A stretch of 64,000 nt of DNA, from the NCBI RefSeq assembly GCF_021028975.2, contig NC_059425.1, positions 29,698,001 to 29,762,000 of the forward strand, given 5' to 3'. Below the pieces are notes generated by a model. That model saw nothing but the letters and a program-made list of their open reading frames with translations, was not told the DNA's origin and made no database searches. The stretch is from Sphaerodactylus townsendi. Taxonomy: Eukaryota. Positions 59,801 through 64,000 of this stretch are shown here, piece by piece. Each line of letters starts with the position of its first letter. The stretch's first letter is position 1. The translations under genes were made by a program, and so were the position numbers.

Positions 59801-62800
59801 CAGGCAGTAGTTTCCTTTATTTAATAAAGTTGGGCTGTGGCTCAGTGGTAGTACATACTTTGCATACCTACAGTCTCTGGTTTATTCTCTGTGATTGCCA
59901 AGTAAACTGAGAAAGGCTTCTGCCTATAACTTTAGGCTTCTTAGCTGTGGTCCGGCTTGGTTTGGTGGCATCTTTGTACATTTTTATATAAGCTGAATTA
60001 GACATCTGACTTGTATCTAAACTGTTCACTAACTATTTTGCTTACATTTTGGGAAAGCCTGTTGAAACACAGGCAGGGTATAAACACTGAATAGAAAAGA
60101 TTGAAGCACATTGTTCAAGAATGTTTTGTGCATATCACAGAGCGCTTCCATCCCTGATGTGACTATGGAAAATGTGCATGCATCAGTCTTTAGAGATGCT
60201 GGTATTGTAATGTTCCGGTCATCTCTTCATCAAGGTTGCAGCTCTATTATATCTAATGAGAGGTCATCACTCAGAATTCAGACTAACAGCTCATGGTTTC
60301 TTGGTAACACTGTATTGGGCCCCCCCCCCCCCCCCCGAAAGAGATTTTTGGCATAGGCAGCAATGTGCAAAGTATTTTGTTTAAAATGGTGTATAGTGTA
60401 AAAGGTTCATCTCTTGATCTGAGAATTGTCTACTCAAAATTGACTTTAATTTTGTTTGTTTTTTAAAGATGAAGACCTAATAAAGTATGGCTGGCCAGAA
60501 GACGTTTGGTAAGTCTTGTAAGCATCCTTTCTGATTGCATTAGAGATAGCACACTGGTCAATTAACTGGTAGGGTACTGTTGATTGATTACCTATCATCT
60601 CCAAATATTGTTGGATAAGGACAGTGAAGAATGCCCATATGTAGGTGACAGCTTACCTCTTTAGTTTTATGGTATAGTCATTTGTTAGGACAGACATTGA
60701 GGGCTGCTAGAACGCTGCTCTAAAATTTACTTCTAAAAATTACAGAAAGTGAAATCATGACACAGCTGCTCCTACTAATCACCTGCTATAACTCTAGGTG
60801 CCTTTGGGCAGAAAGTTAACCTGTTGCAATGGATTTTTGCTTAATAATTGTTACTTTGATTTCATTCTGTTTCCAGTTAATTTTTTAAAGAAAAATGAAA
60901 CTATAGTCTGACGCTCATGATCCAGATAAAAACCAAAGAGTATAACGTTTCTAGAATGCCCTACCTTCCATGGTTATAAATTCTTTACATTAGAAAAATT
61001 CTAAGTTAACTAAGTTTGTAGTGAGAAAAAATTTCAGATGTTCAAACAATTAAAACAACTTTGTTTTAAAGAAGTGAATGCTTTAAAAATATTTGACAAA
61101 TATGTGATCAATTCCCCAAATATTTTTAACCTGTCAAGTGAGCAGCTCAAGGGTCTAGTCAAGTGAAACCTTCCTGAAGCTGATCAATGAGTTCTGAAAA
61201 TCATAAGGCAAGCCCTTTTCCTGGTCTCTGCCCCCTGGGGGTAGGGGGGTGTTACATTTTTAAACATAGTTTCATATTACAAAAAGCAAACCTCTGTGTT
61301 CACCTAAACATCTACCACACCAGGGAGAGGTCTGAGACATTTTACCTTAATGTCCTTGTTTTCTAAAAAGTTTTAAACAAGCAGCATTCAACCATGTCAC
61401 TTTCTTTGGTCTATCCCCTTGTTTTAAATGTCTTCTAGTGGCAAGCATTTCCTAGTCCATGTTGCACTGTAGGAGTCTTGTCAAACTACTCTGATTTTTG
61501 GAATATCCCATTTTACACATTTCTCTGAGGCCCCTTCAGCACATGCAGAATAATGCACTTTCAGTCCACTTTCAATACACTTTGAAGCTGGATTTTACTG
61601 TGCGGAATAGCAAAATCCACTTTCAAACAGTTGTGAACGTGGATTGAATGGGCATTATTCTGCATGTTCAGAAGGGGCCTAAGTCCAGCTAGCCTCATGT
61701 TAGCTCACAGTCAGAAAAACCATCAGATTTCTTGTATGCAAATAGGTGACTTTTTTTGCTTAGGAAAGAAAGTGATGGTAGCCTCAGACATAGAAAATTC
61801 AAAAACATTCAAATGGAACCCTCTGTTAGACTTCAGTAGATCCAGAGGGAGATTTTATTTGCAATATTTGGGAAGTCACAAGCAGATTGGCAGAACTTCT
61901 TTCACTAGGCTCTGTCAGCCCACAATAACCTTGACTAAATCCGCTCATTTGTGCGTAAGCCCATTTAAATTCGACTGACTACACTACGCAGTCCTAAAGA
62001 CAGTTTCTGGGTCCCATCCTTAATTCTGGCAATGTGAGTCCCACAAGGACCTGACCATGTTTGCAAAAGCCAAACTTGTGCCTGTATTAATTATTCTCTT
62101 TAGATTCTTTTTCTAAGTTTCACATCTTTGACTCATTTAAAGGTGAGGATGGCGAAGAACTTAACTGTGTGATGCTGCATGTACTCAGTGTCTCATTTAA
62201 ACTGGACCTGACCTGCCATACTCATCTTGCACATATAGCGGCTGAAATGCCTGCCTGGGATGGATCTTTAGGATATTTGCATTATTCTGAGAGTGGCTGA
62301 GGGCTGGCCTTAATGAGATGCTGCCCTTGTCCACCATGCTTACATTAACCCTTTCAACCCTGATGAGAACTGAAATGATGGGGTTGGTTTGTAGACTATT
62401 CAGGGGTGGGTTTCTCAGCCATTTGCTCGAGTGATGTTTATTTTATTTATTTATTTATTATCAAATTTATCCACCGTCCCTCCCCCGAAGGGCTCTGGGT
62501 GGTGAACAACAATGTTGTGTGTGGCTATCTAATTTAATTTTGTTTTAACACTGCCTCTCTGTTGAGGGTTTTTGAGATGGCTGATAAAACTGCCATTAAA
62601 GTATCAAAAATCAGTTAAAGCATCCATAATGTCTATCCATGCAAGATAACAAACCAGCAGTATTTTTTTAAATCCAACAATTATTGAGCAAGGTGAACGA
62701 AATAAAAAAATAAAATGAAACATGCGCAAACCAAACGCCTGACTGAGTAGGAATGTTTTTGTCTAATGCCTGAATCTGGGGGAACAAGATGTAGGGAGTG

Positions 62801-63394
62801 GTTTCCATAGCCAAAGTGCCAGTGCCAAAAATATAACTATATGTACACGCACACATACAACTGGAAATTAGGACAAACTGCACAACTAAGTTAAGAAGTC
62901 CAAGAGATTGGAAGTTATTGAAACAAAACGTATCTGGGATGATTCATGAATTGGCTGTTCTTTGTTGGCAGGGGAATGTCAAGGATCTTGTAAAGGAACA
63001 CTTTCAGCTCTGATCTCATTCAGTGAGCTCTGGAATCACTAGAGGGAGCAGTTGGCCACACATCTTTATGTTTTTTAAAAAAAATAACTCAAAGAAAACA
63101 TTGGCCATTTTAGTAGATGTTTCCATCCTTTTCAACCTCCTCCTCTCAAGGCTGAAGAAATCCTTGCTAAGAGATGTGAGCGTGATAAGCCATAAGAGTT
63201 CCTTTTCATGCCGGCAAATATACATGTTTTAAAATGCTCAGATCCAGGGGCCAGCAAGCCAATTGATGGCAGCCTGTATGGAAACTTTACTTTTGGATTG
63301 AATCACTGCCTCAGTTGAATGAATCTGTGCTGTGTTGTGTAGGTTCCATGTGGACAAGCTCTCCTCCGCTCATGTCTACCTCAGGCTACACAAG
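56810..63394 (+). CDS. CCDC25: Coiled-coil domain-containing protein 25, exons 1-4 (gene continues beyond the window)
   Basis: Exons 56810-56834, 58470-58517, 60469-60508, 63343-63394 splice in phase to [55 protein letters not shown], the highly conserved CCDC25 N-terminus. Confidence 0.96.
57639..57765 (+). mobile_element. Second-family Penelope-like end with hammerhead-like core
   Basis: CTGAAGA-a-gtgtg-cata-cacat-GAAA-gc-TTA-tacc followed by TTGTTGGT.TTAAAGGTGC..CTGGACTC. Confidence 0.6.
59365..59407 (-). ncRNA. Minimal type I hammerhead ribozyme motif in a Penelope end
   Basis: Minus strand reads tcct-CTGAAGA-t-gcc-agccacagatgca-ggc-GAAA-cG-TC-agga: intact CUGANGA/GAAA/GUC core, stem I tcct/agga, stem II gcc/ggc and palindromic stem III ACGT. 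Confidence 0.7.
61529..61679. mobile_element. Palindromic Harbinger-like MITE in CCDC25 intron
   Basis: GGCCCCTTC.GCACATGCAGAATAATGC...GCATTATTCTGCATG..CAGAAGGGGCC flanked by TGA/TAA. Confidence 0.75.
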
Positions 63395-64000
63395 GTAACT
63401 GCAACTTTTCCTCCTCGTCAAGTGGCATTGGTGCTTGGTGAGATTGCTGCTCTCACCAGCTGCTGGCATCCCATAAGAAAACATGCTAGCTGGGGTCGAG
63501 GTGCTGGAAGCCATTAATGGCTGTAGGAACACGGTGGAAGAATAGAAAGTGCCACTTCAGGCACAAGGTTGCCCTTTTTAAACTTTCCCCTAAAACAGCA
63601 AACTTATGCAAGTAGAAGCAGGGGGAATGAAAACTTCCTTCCTCCCTGTTCTTGTTTTGTATGGTCTGCTATTGTTCACCTGGGGGAGCATTCCAAATTG
63701 ACATACTCCACCCAGAGTTCTACCATTGCCATTTGATTTATCTATATGTGTTCACAAAGGTCAAAAGCGATAGAGCATGGGGCAGGGGGGAAAGATGCTG
63801 CTGTGGCCCAGAGGGATGGTTGAATGAATGAAGAGGCTCAGCAGACCTAGTGTCTGCTCGAATGTGTAATGTTTGGTTGAAGATCAGGTTTGCAATGCCT
63901 CTGGGTGGGATGGAGCATGATGTGCAGGCCCAAGGTTGCCAGAGGGGAAGAACGAGAGTCTTCTTCTGCAAAGGCAATATGCCATCATTAAAGTGCCTAA

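Noticed and set aside
59832-59895. tRNA-like sequence GGGCTGTGGCTCAGTGGTAG (also 56095-56160 on the minus strand)
   Set aside because: No intact cloverleaf. These are decayed tRNA-derived SINE heads.

Overview
Vertebrate genomic DNA, most likely a squamate (probably a gecko, judged from the SINE, hAT, CR1 and Penelope repeats). It carries the conserved PBK(+) / ESCO2(-) / CCDC25(+, 5' part only) block. Exons were reconstructed by hand with GT-AG boundaries and consistent phases: PBK has 7 coding exons (327 aa), ESCO2 has 10 coding exons (679 aa), and CCDC25 exons 1-4 are present. The unusual part is the ~17.5 kb between the ESCO2 and CCDC25 promoters, which are close head-to-head neighbours in human (from recall). 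It holds two convergent guest ORFs. One is a full-length 3.5 kb hAT DNA transposon (TIRs, 8-bp TSD) with an open 580-aa transposase that has lost only in-frame pieces and has splice signals that could link it to the ESCO2 promoter. The other is a >840-aa basic, Ser/Pro-rich gene with a C2orf16/SPATA31H1-type Cys motif, phase-compatible micro-exons and a candidate first exon at the CCDC25 promoter. The rest is dense in TEs: CR1, L2 and RTEX-like LINEs, tRNA-derived and Sauria SINEs, hAT/Harbinger/Tc1-mariner MITEs, a SPIN MITE, and Penelope ends carrying minimal hammerhead ribozyme motifs. All homology calls come from recognition and recall, not from database searches.
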